DNA of 64,000 bases from Thalia democratica. Its lineage: Eukaryota. The DNA is taken from contig OZ241830.1 in NCBI GenBank assembly GCA_965202585.1, forward strand, positions 26,350,001 to 26,414,000, read 5' to 3'. Under the pieces are notes generated by a model that saw nothing but the letters and a program-made list of their open reading frames with translations, made no database searches and was not told the origin of the DNA. This document shows, piece by piece, positions 10,411 to 23,310 of the stretch. How positions within the stretch are numbered: the stretch's first letter is position 1; each line of letters starts with the position of its first letter. Both the position numbers and the translations under genes were made by a program.

Positions 10411-12230
10411 ATCATTTAATCAGATTAAAGAGAATTAAGAAAGTAAAAAACCATCAAAAAATACATAATTTACTATTTCTTTTAGAAAAAAGCTCCTTTT
10501 ATTTTAATTAATATTGGTATTTGTAATCGTTAGTTATTTTAACAAAGATTATTACTTAATACTAATAATTTTTTTTTCTAGAAGTAAAATATATTATAAA
10601 ATAAGATAAGCTGTTTTTATTAATTATTTTCTAAGAACAATTATCATTAGTTATTATTTAAAAAACTTAAAAAACATCTTCCATATGGTAAACATTTTTA
10701 GTTTGAATTTGTAACTCATCGCAAAGTTAACAAAACTTAAGTTACAAATTAGATTACTTAACTCAAACTATACTTTACATTAATAAAGTTAGCAAAAAAG
10801 TCTAGTTTAAGTAAAACTAATTAAAAATTTAAAAAAAAACTATTTTATATGTTTTAATTTATCACTACATCAGGTTTGTTAAATAATTTTTTGTTATGTA
10901 TTAGTTTTCAAAGTATCCTAGCAATGTATTATTTATTTCTTTTACAATTTTAGTGCAAACAAAACAGTATAGAAAAGTTAATAAGTTTCCATTGTAATAC
11001 TTTCTAGACTATTTTAATTACACAGATAAACGAAGTAAAACCAAAACAACGTTTTTCAACTAGTTTTGCTCATGTAAATAATTCTTTCACTGATTGTATT
11101 TGTTTGTAAAAATGTTCACGATATCTAATATTAAAAAACGTAATAGATAGTGAAAAAATTAAAGATTTTTAAGATATTAAGAAAAATAAGTTAAAGTAAT
11201 GTTTATTCGGTTTGATGCCAATAAAATTATAGCCTCTACTTAAATAAGAAAATCATATAAAGCTGGGGCATGTATAGATTTTTTTTAGTGGGTTTGCACA
11301 TTTTTAAAAAAATAATAGAGTATTTTGTGTACAAGCTTTTAATGATACGCATTCGAATATAATATAGCTCATTACTAACTTATTGTCTAAAATTTCTCAG
11401 GTACATAAAAATGTTTAAAACTCAAACAGTTAGAAAATACCAGTAAACATAATACAACATCTTAATATGTGATTAAGATCATAAATTTTTAGTAAACAAA
11501 AACTTAAATATAGACCTTACTCCTGCTTTTATTGGAATTTTGAAAATTTTACCTTACATTGTGTAGCTTACATGAACAACAAAACATTCTATTCATAAGA
11601 AACTTAAAACAAAGTACTAATCAAAATTAGTAATTAATTTGTCTTAATAAATAAAAAACATACTTAATGATGTTTTAAAAATTCTCAGTTAAACATCTCC
11701 AGTTAAAATGGTACTTAATACTCTATTTAAATTAAAAACAAATTGTATATTTGAAAACAACAGACGTTAACCATTATTTTACAACTTGAAAAAAAATAAA
11801 TATATATAAAACTACGATTTTTCAATGTTCTAAAAGTGAAATCATTATGTGATTTCGTCAAAATTTTCTAAAGTTAAAAATGAAACCCTTCGAGTTAAAA
11901 AAACATTCAAAATACTTTTTAAAAGCTTTTGATCGGCCAAACTTTACTAAAAAGTTTACTTTTCAAATTGTTAAACTTTTGTAGTTATAAAATTTTGTAT
12001 AGTATATACATTTTTTCCGACAAAAAGTTTATAAAACTACTTTATTTTGACGTACTTCTTCAACACTATGAATCAAACTTTACTTATTATTAAAAATCAA
12101 CTATATCGATATATTTTTTAGTAAAATATTTTAGAAGAAAACCATTTTTAGTTGCTTTTTTGTAAAGCTTTTTTTTTAAATTTTATAGGGAGTGCACAGG
12201 AAACAGGAAACCAGTCATAAAACGCCACTG

Positions 12231-12570
12231 CTATGAAGTGTAAAACAAAAACATAATTATAAAATAAATAACAACAGTTTTTCTTGTTCAAACTTTGAGC
12301 TATGTTTTTTTACAGCAACTTAAAGTAAATTTCATGCCATGTTTTTCTTAATTGGAAAATTCTGGTTGTTTACTAAAGCCTTTTTAAGCACAACCCAAAA
12401 CCTTGCAAACTTGTTGATTTACATGACTTCAAACTTCATTGTTTTTAAAGTTTTCAAACGCACGTAACCCATCTTTTTTTAACTTTTATATTTTCCGTCA
12501 CTATCGTATTTGATGCAATCTAAACTTAAAGAACTGTAGTATACTAACAATAATTGAATTTTTTATGTTG
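12231..12570 (-). pseudogene. Ly6-like pseudogene (type B, copy 1)
   Basis: Remnants SLDC, QQVCKVLGCA*, KQPEFSN*EKHGMKFTLSCCKKT* and a hydrophobic tail, with multiple stops. Flanks are homologous to those of 21397-21787. Confidence 0.7.
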
Positions 12571-13118
12571 TTATATATCAACTATTAAAAAACTATAAAG
12601 CACACAGCTAATATTAAGTTATTTTTCTCCTTACTTAACTTATACGAAAGCTGTTCACATACTCCTACTAAATAAAAAACAATCGGTTTATATAACCCTT
12701 GTTAGGTTAAATTTGTTTTCCAGATTTTTACAGTTTGAGACCACAAATAAGGTCTATTTACATCTTAATTTGCGTATAACTTTTCACACTTATATAAACT
12801 ATTTGAGTTTAAACAAAAAGTTGTCATGTCCATTGTGAAGTAAAATTATTTCTGTTACTGCCTTAAATAGAACTATGTGCTTATAACATTTCTTATTTCT
12901 GTTATTTTTGTTTAAACAACACTACTTTTTGCGTAAAATTTGCTCCTAAACTAATCCATCTACTTTCGGAAAAAATTAGGAACTTGTTTTTTTTCGTCAT
13001 AAAAAGTATATCATAAAATTTGTATACATTTCATAAATACAAACCGTCTTCTTTTAAAGTTTTTAGATAGCTTTATTTAAGTACTCAAGAACTACAAGAG
13101 TACAATTGTAACTGACAG

Positions 13119-13495
13119 TTAAATTGAAAAACACATAGGAATAACATAAAGTGCAAAAAATAAACAAATATTTGTGATGCTTATATTCTTCACAGACTTT
13201 TAACATAACATAAGTCCGAATCACTGCAGTTATATTCATACAGTTAATAATGAATATGACATTTTCCTGGTTTTTACAGTAAAAACTATTAGTACAACTT
13301 ATCATCGTGCTATTCTCATGTTACTTTCAATTTGACCACTTTTCAACATAGAAATTGCACAAAAACCTGAAGTATATTCATTATATATGATGCAATTGAT
13401 TCAGGAATGTTCTCATAGCTTGCATTAATTATGTATAGAACTCTTATCTAGAAGAGCTGCTAAAAACCAAATTGAAATGTAATTGTAGATTTCAT
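13119..13495 (-). pseudogene. Ly6-like pseudogene (type C, copy 2)
   Basis: Homologous to 6322-6707: MKSTITF.., GFCAISMLKSG, SCTNSFYCKN, CSDSDLC and tail SVKNISITNICLFFALYVIPMCFSI*, with frameshifts and stops. ORF 13063-13305 is an out-of-frame read-through of it. Confidence 0.72.
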
Positions 13496-16063
13496 AACGT
13501 GCTTAGTTTTAGAAAATCATAAAGTATACGGCGCATATAAATTGTTAGATATTTTTTTATCAATTTACTTTGTACGAAAACTATATGAACAATATTACAA
13601 ACAGGAAAGCAACTGGTTTCTATAATATCCTTGTTGAAAAAGGAATTATTTAAGATTTTTTTTAGTTTAAAGACTTTAAGCAACGGCTTCAAAAAAAATG
13701 TATGCTTATAATCTTTATTTTTTAGGCCAACTTGCTTGATTTTAAAACAATGGTGGTAATTGAATTAATAAAAAATTGCATTACTTCTTTAATAAGTTAT
13801 ATGTTTACAAAATTCTCATTATCCATTTTTTTAAAATACTACTAAAGTATTATTTGCAAATAAAATTTAAAAACCTGAATTAATTTATTAATTTTCTTCT
13901 ACTTATATGTGGCTTATACTGTGTATTTTGATTATTTTCAAGCATACATTTATATTGGTTAAGAGAAGCAGGTATCAAACAAGTCCGTTTGTGTTTTTTT
14001 TAAAACAGTACGATTAAGCTGAAAACTAATTTTTAACAAATAAACAATACTTTTTGAATCTTGAGTATTAACAAAAAAAACTTTCGACCACAAATAAATA
14101 AAGTATTTGAATAAAAACTATTTTTGTAAATATAAGTATTTTTGTTTAAGAATTTTAGCTATAAATTTTACCGTTCATAGCGTACAAGTTTATACACAAC
14201 TCTGAACTAACTAATTGTTTATAAAAAAAATATATTTATTAAAATACAAAAGAAAGACCTAATAATAAAGCTAAGAAAAGCTGTCTAATAGTTTCAATAT
14301 ACATTGCATTAATTATGTATAGAACTCTTATCTAGAAGAGCTGCTAAAAACCAAATTGAAATGTAATTGTAGATTTCATAACGTGCTTAGTTTTAGAAAA
14401 TCATAAAGTATACGGCGCATATAAATTGTTAGATATTTTTTTATCAATTTACTTTGTACGAAAACTATATGAACAATATTACAAACAGGAAAGCAACTGG
14501 TTTCTATAATATCCTTGTTGAAAAAGGAATTATTTAAGATTTTTTTTAGTTTAAAGACTTTAAGCAACGGCTTCAAAAAAAATGTATGCTTATAATCTTT
14601 ATTTTTTAGGCCAACTTGCTTGATTTTAAAACAATGGTGGTAATTGAATTAATAAAAAATTGCATTACTTCTTTAATAAGTTATATGTTTACAAAATTCT
14701 CATTATCCATTTTTTTAAAATACTACTAAAGTATTATTTGCAAATAAAATTTAAAAACCTGAATTAATTTATTAATTTTCTTCTACTTATATGTGGCTTA
14801 TACTGTGTATTTTGATTATTTTCAAGCATACATTTATATTGGTTAAGAGAAGCAGGTATCAAACAAGTCCGTTTGTGTTTTTTTTAAAACAGTACGATTA
14901 AGCTGAAAACTAATTTTTAACAAATAAACAATACTTTTTGAATCTTGAGTATTAACAAAAAAAACTTTCGACCACAAATAAATAAAGTATTTGAATAAAA
15001 ACTATTTTTGTAAATATAAGTATTTTTGTTTAAGAATTTTAGCTATAAATTTTACCGTTCATAGCGTACAAGTTTATACACAACTCTGAACTAACTAATT
15101 GTTTATAAAAAAAATATATTTATTAAAATACAAAAGAAAGACCTAATAATAAAGCTAAGAAAAGCTGTCTAATAGTTTCAATATACATTGCATTAATTAT
15201 GTATAGAACTCTTATCTAGAAGAGCTGCTAAAAACCAAATTGAAATGTAATTGTAGATTTCATAACGTGCTTAGTTTTAGAAAATCATAAAGTATACGGC
15301 GCATATAAATTGTTAGATATTTTTTTATCAATTTACTTTGTACGAAAACTATATGAACAATATTACAAACAGGAAAGCAACTGGTTTCTATAATATCCTT
15401 GTTGAAAAAGGAATTATTTAAGATTTTTTTTTAGTTTAAAGACTTTAAGCAACGGCTTCAAAAAAAATGTATGCTTATAATCTTTATTTTTTAGGCCAAC
15501 TTGCTTGATTTTAAAACAATGGTGGTAATTGAATTAATAAAAAATTGCATTACTTCTTTAATAAGTTATATGTTTACAAAATTCTCATTATCCATTTTTT
15601 TAAAATACTACTAAAGTATTATTTGCAAATAAAATTTAAAAACCTGAATTAATTTATTAATTTTCTTCTACTTATATGTGGCTTATACTGTGTATTTTGA
15701 TTATTTTCAAGCATACATTTATATTGGTTAAGAGAAGCAGGTATCAAACAAGTCCGTTTGTGTTTTTTTTAAAACAGTACGATTAAGCTGAAAACTAATT
15801 TTTAACAAATAAACAATACTTTTTGAATCTTGAGTATTAACAAAAAAAACTTTCGACCACAAATAAATAAAGTATTTGAATAAAAACTATTTTTGTAAAT
15901 ATAAGTATTTTTGTTTAAGAATTTTAGCTATAAATTTTACCGTTCATAGCGTACAAGTTTATACACAACTCTGAACTAACTAATTGTTTATAAAAAAAAT
16001 ATATTTATTAAAATACAAAAGAAAGACCTAATAATAAAGCTAAGAAAAGCTGTCTAATAGTTT
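13420..16063. repeat. Tandem triplication of an 884-bp unit, essentially identical copies
   Basis: Units start at 13420, 14304 and 15188 (ttgcattaattatgtatagaac). Both junctions carry the same 9-nt filler caatataca. The only difference noticed is an 8-T versus 9-T run in copy 3. Confidence 0.95.
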
Positions 16064-17623
16064 AAACATGTAATAATCGGCATAACTAAAAAGTTGTTAC
16101 ATACAATGGCAGCAGTAGTGATAATGACAGCCGTAGTTGAAAATAAAATTCAAGATCATGCAAATTGTTTTTCAGAACAACATGCATTGCAAAATGAATA
16201 TATTTAAACAGAGGGTAATGAATCATTGGATGTGATATTATCTTTATTGGTTTATCTAATAGTATTCTAGGTGACTTATACACTAAGTTATTGGTTTTTT
16301 AAGGTAAATTGTATACGACAGAAGTAAAAGCTGTCTTTAATTTTAATTTTGAAAAGTTATAATCATAAAGTTAATTTTATTTTTATTCAAAACAGCAAAA
16401 CCACGTAAGGAGAAATCTACTATTACGTATATATGTTTTTGAAACATTTTGTTGCATAGTTTACTGATTGTATTTAAGTATTGCATTCTAGACAATTTTT
16501 TGTAACAACTCATCAAATTTAAAAATTACTATTTTTTATATTAATCACAATTGATACTTCAACAATTAGTGATGCCACTTTGAACACATTCTTCGTTTTT
16601 ATAAAGTTTAAGGTTTATATACAAACTTTATAATCATTAATTTTTCATACTATAATCATGCGCTTAGTAAAATTTATGTGTATGAGTAATTGTTTAGGAA
16701 TCTACATTACTCATACTTTTTTTTTTGTTTTTTGTGTATTGGTATCTTTATGTTTTATTTTTTAAATATAGTAAATGTATGTGAAAAGAATATACATTTG
16801 TCTTTTTACTCAAGGTTGTAGGGTAACGAGTGAATACTCAACGAGAATTACATAGTTGAAATAGTATACATGACAGAAAAATTTAATTCATATTTTTTTT
16901 CTTTTGACATTGTTACACAATTATAAAAAGTTGTAGTTGTTAAAGTAGTTTGAACTATCATTAAAGCGTTTTCCTATTTCTGAATTACAAATACTTCCTA
17001 TACTTCCTGATTTATGTAAACCTCATTGTTATTGTTATTACTCTATTTTTTGCGTAAACGTTTGTTGATTGAAACTATATGCTAGAAATTTAAGAATTAA
17101 GCTTTTACGTCACATGTAGTTATGACAAAAATTACTTATTCTACCTAATTACAAAACTCTTAACACAAAAGCTACAGACTATACTGTAATAACAAGCAAT
17201 TAGGTTAAGGTAATTAAAAAAATAAAAACTAAATGCAACTTAAAAAACTACTAAACTTCTATTTTGCACTATACAATATATTTTTTTTTTTAATTTAACT
17301 AATTAATTATTTCAAGTCTGTTTATTCATTTAGTTTAGTTTAATAATAAATTATTATAAAGTTTAATTAATAAAATAAAATATAAAAAAACAAGTAAACA
17401 ACAAGTAATCAAATTTAAACACTCACGTTTTTTATATAAGCCACAAAACTTTAAATATTTTGTTTAATAATAAACTGCTTTATTGAACATTCTTTTTACT
17501 AAACTTAAATAAAGACTTTGTTGTAATTTAACTATTTTTTTTTTCTCAAATATATTTTTCAATGTTTAAGAGTGTTATAAAAATTACAATTTAAAAAATT
17601 CAACATAATTAAAAAAAGATTAA

Positions 17624-18668
17624 TTAACAGTCAATTAAATAAACTAAAATAAAAAGAAAAAAACATAAATTATTATTGTTCGTACTTTGTGCCGAGCTTT
17701 CAAATCTTTCAAGATTGCATAAGTCTTTCTCACAGCAACTTATCTCATATTTCTGGCCATATACTTCATCTTGATAAGAAATTCCAGGTTACAAATAGTA
17801 TTATCGGTGCAGTCCAGGGACGTAGCTTGGTACTTTTCTGTAAATCTGCAGAAACGTATACTTGTGTGAGAAAAAACTTGTTTTTATATCAGCTTGAAAA
17901 GACTCTTTATGCACTCCTGAGAGATAATTTTGACATATATGTACTCTTTAACATTTTTTGTTTCGTAAAATACATTCAAATTGTAACATTTAGCGCGTTA
18001 ACGCTTAGTTTGTCAAACAGCTGCATTGCAAAACTGATTCTAATGGAAGCTGTAGCTTCCAAAATCAAAATCATACAGTTTTATATTACAAAAATTTGCA
18101 TAATTGTTGTTATTATTGACTACGTTAAATGTTTGATTTTTAAAACAATATAAATGTTTTTTAGATAAATTGTGATTTTTTTATACCTATTTTTAATGAA
18201 TGTTTTCTGGGTTATATAAGTGGCATGACATAAAGAGTCATAGGGGGTGTGGAGCAAAATAAATTGCTTTGTATACAGTTATCACTCGTACTTCAACATT
18301 CCATTTTTGTTGTATTAACATAACTGCATATTTTCAGACTAAATTCAATAGCATTAGAGGTAGTTTAAATTGCTGTGTTCCCGCTAGAACGTGTTATTTC
18401 AGATGATTAATTTTTGCAGATTAGTAACTTTTTTGAGCTAGCTACGTCCCTGGTGCAGTCCATTTCAGTGCATATCTTTTCATTGCAATTGTCAAATGTG
18501 CCGCTTTTATATTTGTAGATCGGACAAAAATTTGAACTGTATTCTGAACAACTTATATTATATAAATTATTTAAATTTCTTTTGTAGCACTGTAGACTGG
18601 AAGAATCGCTATATAATAAACAAAAAAGGATATCAAAGTCTTATCAAAAATGTTATCAAAGTCTTCAT
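17624..18668 (-). pseudogene. Ly6-like pseudogene A2, interrupted by a hAT MITE
   Basis: Removing 17815-18452 and one TSD restores SSLQCYKRNLNNLYNISCSEYSSNFCPIYKYKSGTFDNCNEKICTEMDCTDNTIC..PGISYQDEVYGQKYEISCCEKDLCNLERFESSAQ..*. It also has a frameshifting duplication in the signal-peptide region and a ~4-bp deletion. Confidence 0.9.
17815..18452. mobile_element. Non-autonomous hAT-type DNA transposon (MITE), 638 bp
   Basis: Perfect 13-bp TIRs CAGGGACGTAGCT (17815-17827) and AGCTACGTCCCTG (18440-18452). 8-bp target-site duplication GTGCAGTC (17807-17814 and 18453-18460). An 8-bp TSD with short CAG-starting TIRs is characteristic of hAT. No transposase ORF. Confidence 0.9.
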
Positions 18669-18783
18669 GCTGTAATAAATTTTAAAGAAAAATAAAGCGC
18701 AAGCGTTATAATAATTTAAAACTGTTTTTATTTCGTTTATCTTAATTTATGCCTTGTATATTTGCGTATAAAAACCAATTAAA

Positions 18784-18805
18784 ATGTAATCGGTTTGTAT
18801 TACAT
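18784..18805 (-). promoter_or_regulatory. Upstream motif of Ly6 A2 (ATGTAAT-cggtttgt-ATTACAT)
   Basis: Same motif, about 115 bp upstream of the ATG at 18668. Confidence 0.5.
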
Positions 18806-19258
18806 CCCTGTTCAGTAACATTGTTTTTAGAATTGAAAAGTTTTACACCTACACAAAGGCTATTCAAAATCGTAATTTGCGTATAAATTAGTTCAGAAGT
18901 TTAAGTAAACTAATTGAACTTAAAAACTAAATGTCATATATTTTTTTTGTGTTTCTGATTCCACTAGAACTATTTGCTTATAGTATTAGTTTTTATTTCA
19001 AAAATTGTACAAAAACATAGGTTAGATTTATAAAGGTGTAATATCTAAACTTAAATCTTAACCATTTTTGAAATAAATTTACATATAATGCTTAGTTATT
19101 AACTAAATAAATTGCTTTATCGTATACCAGGGCCTCAGACAAAACATTTTAAACGTTATATTTATTCGTTCAATTAACAATGTATTAAAATAATAACTGT
19201 AGTTTATTACATTTTAAAATAACATTAAAAAATAGAATAAAAAGTTGATTTTTTTATT

Positions 19259-19342
19259 GTCATGCCACTTATATAACCCAGAAAAAATTCATTAAAAATA
19301 AGTATTAAAAAAGCACAATTTATCTTAAAAACATTTATATTT
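19259..19342 (-). repeat. Inverted copy of an internal segment (18147-18230) of the hAT MITE
   Basis: tgtcatgccacttatataacccagaaaa... is the reverse complement of ...ttttctgggttatataagtggcatgaca, about 90% identical by eye over ~84 bp. Not seen in the homologous region of unit 1. Confidence 0.8.
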
Positions 19343-21396
19343 TTTTCAAAATTTGTATTAAACAAATAAAATTTTATAATTGTATAACTACCGCCTATTT
19401 GTTTAAAGTAACTAAGCTTTTGTAAGTCTTTTTAGATACAGTAACCTATAGTACTAATTTGTAAAATAGTTAAATTGACAAGCTGGTGCGAAAACAATAA
19501 AAAAAAACTGGTATTTAATAAGTAAATATAAGTTTTTTAAATTTTTAGTAGGTATCAATTTATTTTAGACTTTACTCATATTCATATTTAATTTTACCGT
19601 ATTATAACTAGTATTTTGTACTTATGTAAAATCGTCTTTTTGTTTAATTAATTTAAAATAATATACATTTATGGGAGAATAGATTACAAATATAATATCA
19701 AGACTTAATTCTCTTTGTATCTGATTTTTTATATTTTTATTTATAAAACTTTTTTTTGAAAGTTATTAACTTAAACAAAAGGTTTTAAACAGATAGTGTT
19801 GCATAAAATTATAAACGCAATCGAAAATTCAATCTTAGGAATTATTACCTTAGCTGGCAAATTGATGTTCTAACTAAGTAGGCAAAATAATAAATTCATT
19901 ATTTTTTCATACTTAACGCCTAAAGCTGTTCATACTATTGATAACAATATTTTTTTTTGTTTTAGTACTTCAAATTTTATTTTAAGCAGAATTATCAAAA
20001 TATTTATTTAAAATACATATAACTAAGCTTATAAAGTTTTGTAAAGCTATAAAAGTAATAAAAATAAAAGTTCTTATTTTGTATAAAAACACTTTTATAC
20101 GTTATTGATAAAATTGTTTATTCATACATTTTTGTTCAAACAAATTTTTGTAATTTAAATATTTTTACTTTATAACATACAGAGTTAATATTTTTAAGTA
20201 GATGACAACAGCTACCAATAAAAAAATTATTTTAAAACTTTTAATGCTAAACACTTTTTGATTAGATTAATTGTTACATTACATTATAAATAATGTTTTA
20301 ATTCGTTGATTTTTTAAACTTTAACTATTTTATTTTATTTACAGTTAAGTTTTAAAACACTTTTGTAAGGCGTTGTAAAATAACTGCTAATAAAAAATGT
20401 ATACATCTGAACTAACTTAAGCACTATAAACTGTGATTACAACAAGAAATAGAAAAAATGTTATAAATTTTCTATAGAAAGAAAAACCAGACGAACTAGT
20501 AAGTAGTAATATTTTATTAAAAAGAAGGAAAATTAAACAAGTCGACAATCTAAGTTTTTGTACAGTGACGTACTATACTACTTTTAGTATTGTTTTATTA
20601 GCTTACAGAGAATAAATAAAGTCAAATCCACTAAAAATGAAAAAAAATATATAATTGTTTTAGGTGTAATAACCTTAAAAACTTTCTATTTAAAAAAAAA
20701 AGATTAACACTTGTAATTGTTAGTAATTTTAACAAAAAATTTTATTTAACACTAGTAAATTTTATCTAATATAAAATTAATTATAAAATAAGATAAGTTA
20801 AACTTGTTAACTTATTTCTCAGAAGAAACATCAATATTTATAATCTCAAAACTTAAAACACATCTTTCATATGGTATACATTTTTAGTTTTAAATCGTAA
20901 CTCATCGCAAAACTAAACAGTTTAAGTTCATAACCTTTTTACTTAATTAAAACCATGTTTTATGATAATGAAGTAGGCAGCAAAGTTAAGTTTTAAGAAA
21001 ACCGACTCAATTAAATTTTTTTTTTATAAGTTATAAATATTTACTTCATCTGCTTTGAAGATTAATTTCTTGTTATGTATTAGTTTTCTAAAGTTTCTTA
21101 GCAATGTATTATTTAATGCTTCTATATAGTGCAAACAAACAATATAGAAAGGTAACTTTTTTTTTGGTTTTATTACACTTTGAAATATCTTAATTACACA
21201 GGTGTACAACACTTTTCGACTAGTTTTGCTCATTTATATCATAAAAATACTAGTTATAAATGTTTGTAAAATTTTTAACAATAACTAATTTTAGAATGTA
21301 TAATAACTAATTAAAAGGATAGTTTTAAAGAATACTAGGAAAAATAATTAAGTTAATGTTAGTTCAATTTGATACTAATTAAAGAATAACCTTTAT

Positions 21397-21787
21397 TTAA
21401 ATTAAAAAATACCATAAAGTACCAAAACAAAAACAAAAGTTTATCTTGTCTAAATTTTGCGCTGAAATTTCAACACTGAGTAAGTCTTTCTCACAACAAC
21501 TTATTACAACTTAATAAGTCATGCCATATTTGCTTGTTCTGAAACTCATGGCTGTTTACAAAAATTTTCATCAGTTCAGCCCATTACCTTGCAAACTTCT
21601 TGATCTCCGCATCTTCGAATGTCATTACTTTTATAGGTTGCAATCCTACAAAGGCGTCAAGATGTTCTGGACAAATTTCAATTATTGGCTGAGAAAATGA
21701 TCTGTAATTTTGTAATTGTAGCACTCTAAACTAGGAGAACTGCAAAAGAAGTAACTAAATCATTGAAAACTCTATAAAAATATTCAT
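21397..21787 (-). pseudogene. Ly6-like pseudogene (type B, copy 2)
   Basis: SLECYNYK, ICPEHLD, CRIATYKSNDIRRCGDQEVCKVMG*TDENFCKQP*, ISCCEKDL and SAQNLDKINFCF tail, with several stops and frameshifts. Confidence 0.82.
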
Positions 21788-22989
21788 TGTATATTAACTA
21801 TTAGAAAACTATAAAGCACACCATTATATCAAGTCACGTTTTTTAATCTCTAATTTAATTTATACTAAAACTATCCACATACTACGACTGATTAAAAAGC
21901 AATTGGTTGGTATTGCAACCTTGTTAGGTAAATTTGAATCAATTTTTTTTACAGTTCAAGACCACAAACAAAGTCTAATAACATCATAATTTGCGTAAAT
22001 TTTTACTTTTTTTTTAAACTATTTGATCTAGAAAGAAAACGTTAGTACAATCTCATTTAGTTTTAATTGTAAAGCTTTTTTTACGTAATTATAGTTTTGA
22101 TTTAAGCTGTTGTGTGCAACTCGATGAATTTAATTTACCCAGGTCATGGGACTTATACTTTGTTGATCATTTTAACTATTTGCTTTAGTTTAAAAAATTA
22201 TTACAATTCTATAATAAGCTGAAGTATACTTTATGTTAATATTTAAATACTTGTATTCTAAATAATTTACATTTTTAGTATGTAGTAACATATAAGTTTT
22301 ATAGCTTTGAGTTTATATTAAATTTTATGCTCGCTTTGTATGCTTTGTAAAAACGCATTGTATTAAAATAAAAATTTTGACTAGTCAAAGTATTAAAAGT
22401 TAAAAATTCGATAGTTAAAGTTATAACTGTTAATAGTACTGAAAAAAATTGTTTAAAAAACCAGATTTTTTCGTTGTTTGTAAGATATTACTGCTCGAAT
22501 GACTTACAACCAAGTTTGGGTAATCTAAACAAATATCATAACTTAATTTTTAAGGTAAGGGAAAAATAAAGGTCTAGATGAACACTTATGAAAATATATT
22601 ATAATTTTTAGATGTATTTTACTGTGATTTAAAGTCACTTCTCACGAATCTATGCTCTCGTTTGGCTACGCATTTCAGATAATAAAATAAGTTAAAAAGT
22701 TTTGAAATTTTTCTAGGTTTTTACAGGATTTTAGGTGTTTTGATAACAACAACGAAAGGAAAATATCAAAAAAAGCTTAAAGTATATAATTGTTTTTATT
22801 TGCTCGTTATATTTTAAGTGTCTTAGCTCCCCTATAACTTTAAATAAAACAAGATACAATGTTCAATTCTTCACAATAGTTATGTCATAAAGAGTTGTTT
22901 TATCTCAATAAACTTCTTATATTTAGCTAACTTAGTTTAGCTATATAAATTCTAAAGCTAGTTATTAAATTATCTAACTGCTATAAAAG

Positions 22990-23310
22990 TATAGAAGAAA
23001 ACTGTCAAACACTTAATATTACCTTGTCTGTAAAATTAGTTTTGAATTTTAAAATTTACATTACTTTTAAGATGTTGTAGTTTTTCTTATTACACATCTT
23101 CAACACAACCTAAAACCATTTGTTCACCGGATAGTCCGTACTCAAGTTTTTCTGGTAAAATGCAATTACAAATAGTTCAATAAGTTTACTGTCACTTTAA
23201 AGTTCTTTTTGTACAGTATAACGTTGGTTTTTGAGCACTGCAATGAAAACCACGACTTAAAAAAAAAATTACAATTTTTTCAAAGATTTTGTTAATTTTT
23301 GTTATACTAA
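22990..23310 (-). pseudogene. Possible highly decayed Ly6 relic
   Basis: VIFFLSRGFSLQC (SLQC at 23246-23235) and EQMVLGCVED (~23119-23102) resemble A1 GSFSLQC and B-type CKVLGC. No clear CCxxxxCN remains. Confidence 0.3.

Larger units (their letters stand above)
6300..12950. repeat. Segmental duplication unit 1 (Ly6 C-A-B block), homologous to ~13100-22050 and in part to ~24200-27450 and ~27500-29000
   Basis: Collinear shared non-coding blocks, e.g. taagtccgaatcac (~6423/~13212), ctacagactatactgtaata (~8501/~17172), gtaactcatcgcaaa (10711/20897/27219), actagttttgctcat (~11059/~21219). The C, A, B gene order is the same in units 1 and 2. Boundaries are approximate. Confidence 0.8.

Noticed and set aside
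13492-14576. Two identical 66-aa ORFs
   Set aside because: They arise from the 884-bp triplication. The third copy is frameshifted by one T, and the region is Ly6 promoter sequence.
17689-18153. 154-aa ORF as a transposase or novel gene
   Set aside because: It is a chimera of the antisense strand of Ly6 A2 and the MITE left end, with no DDE or hAT dimerisation motif.
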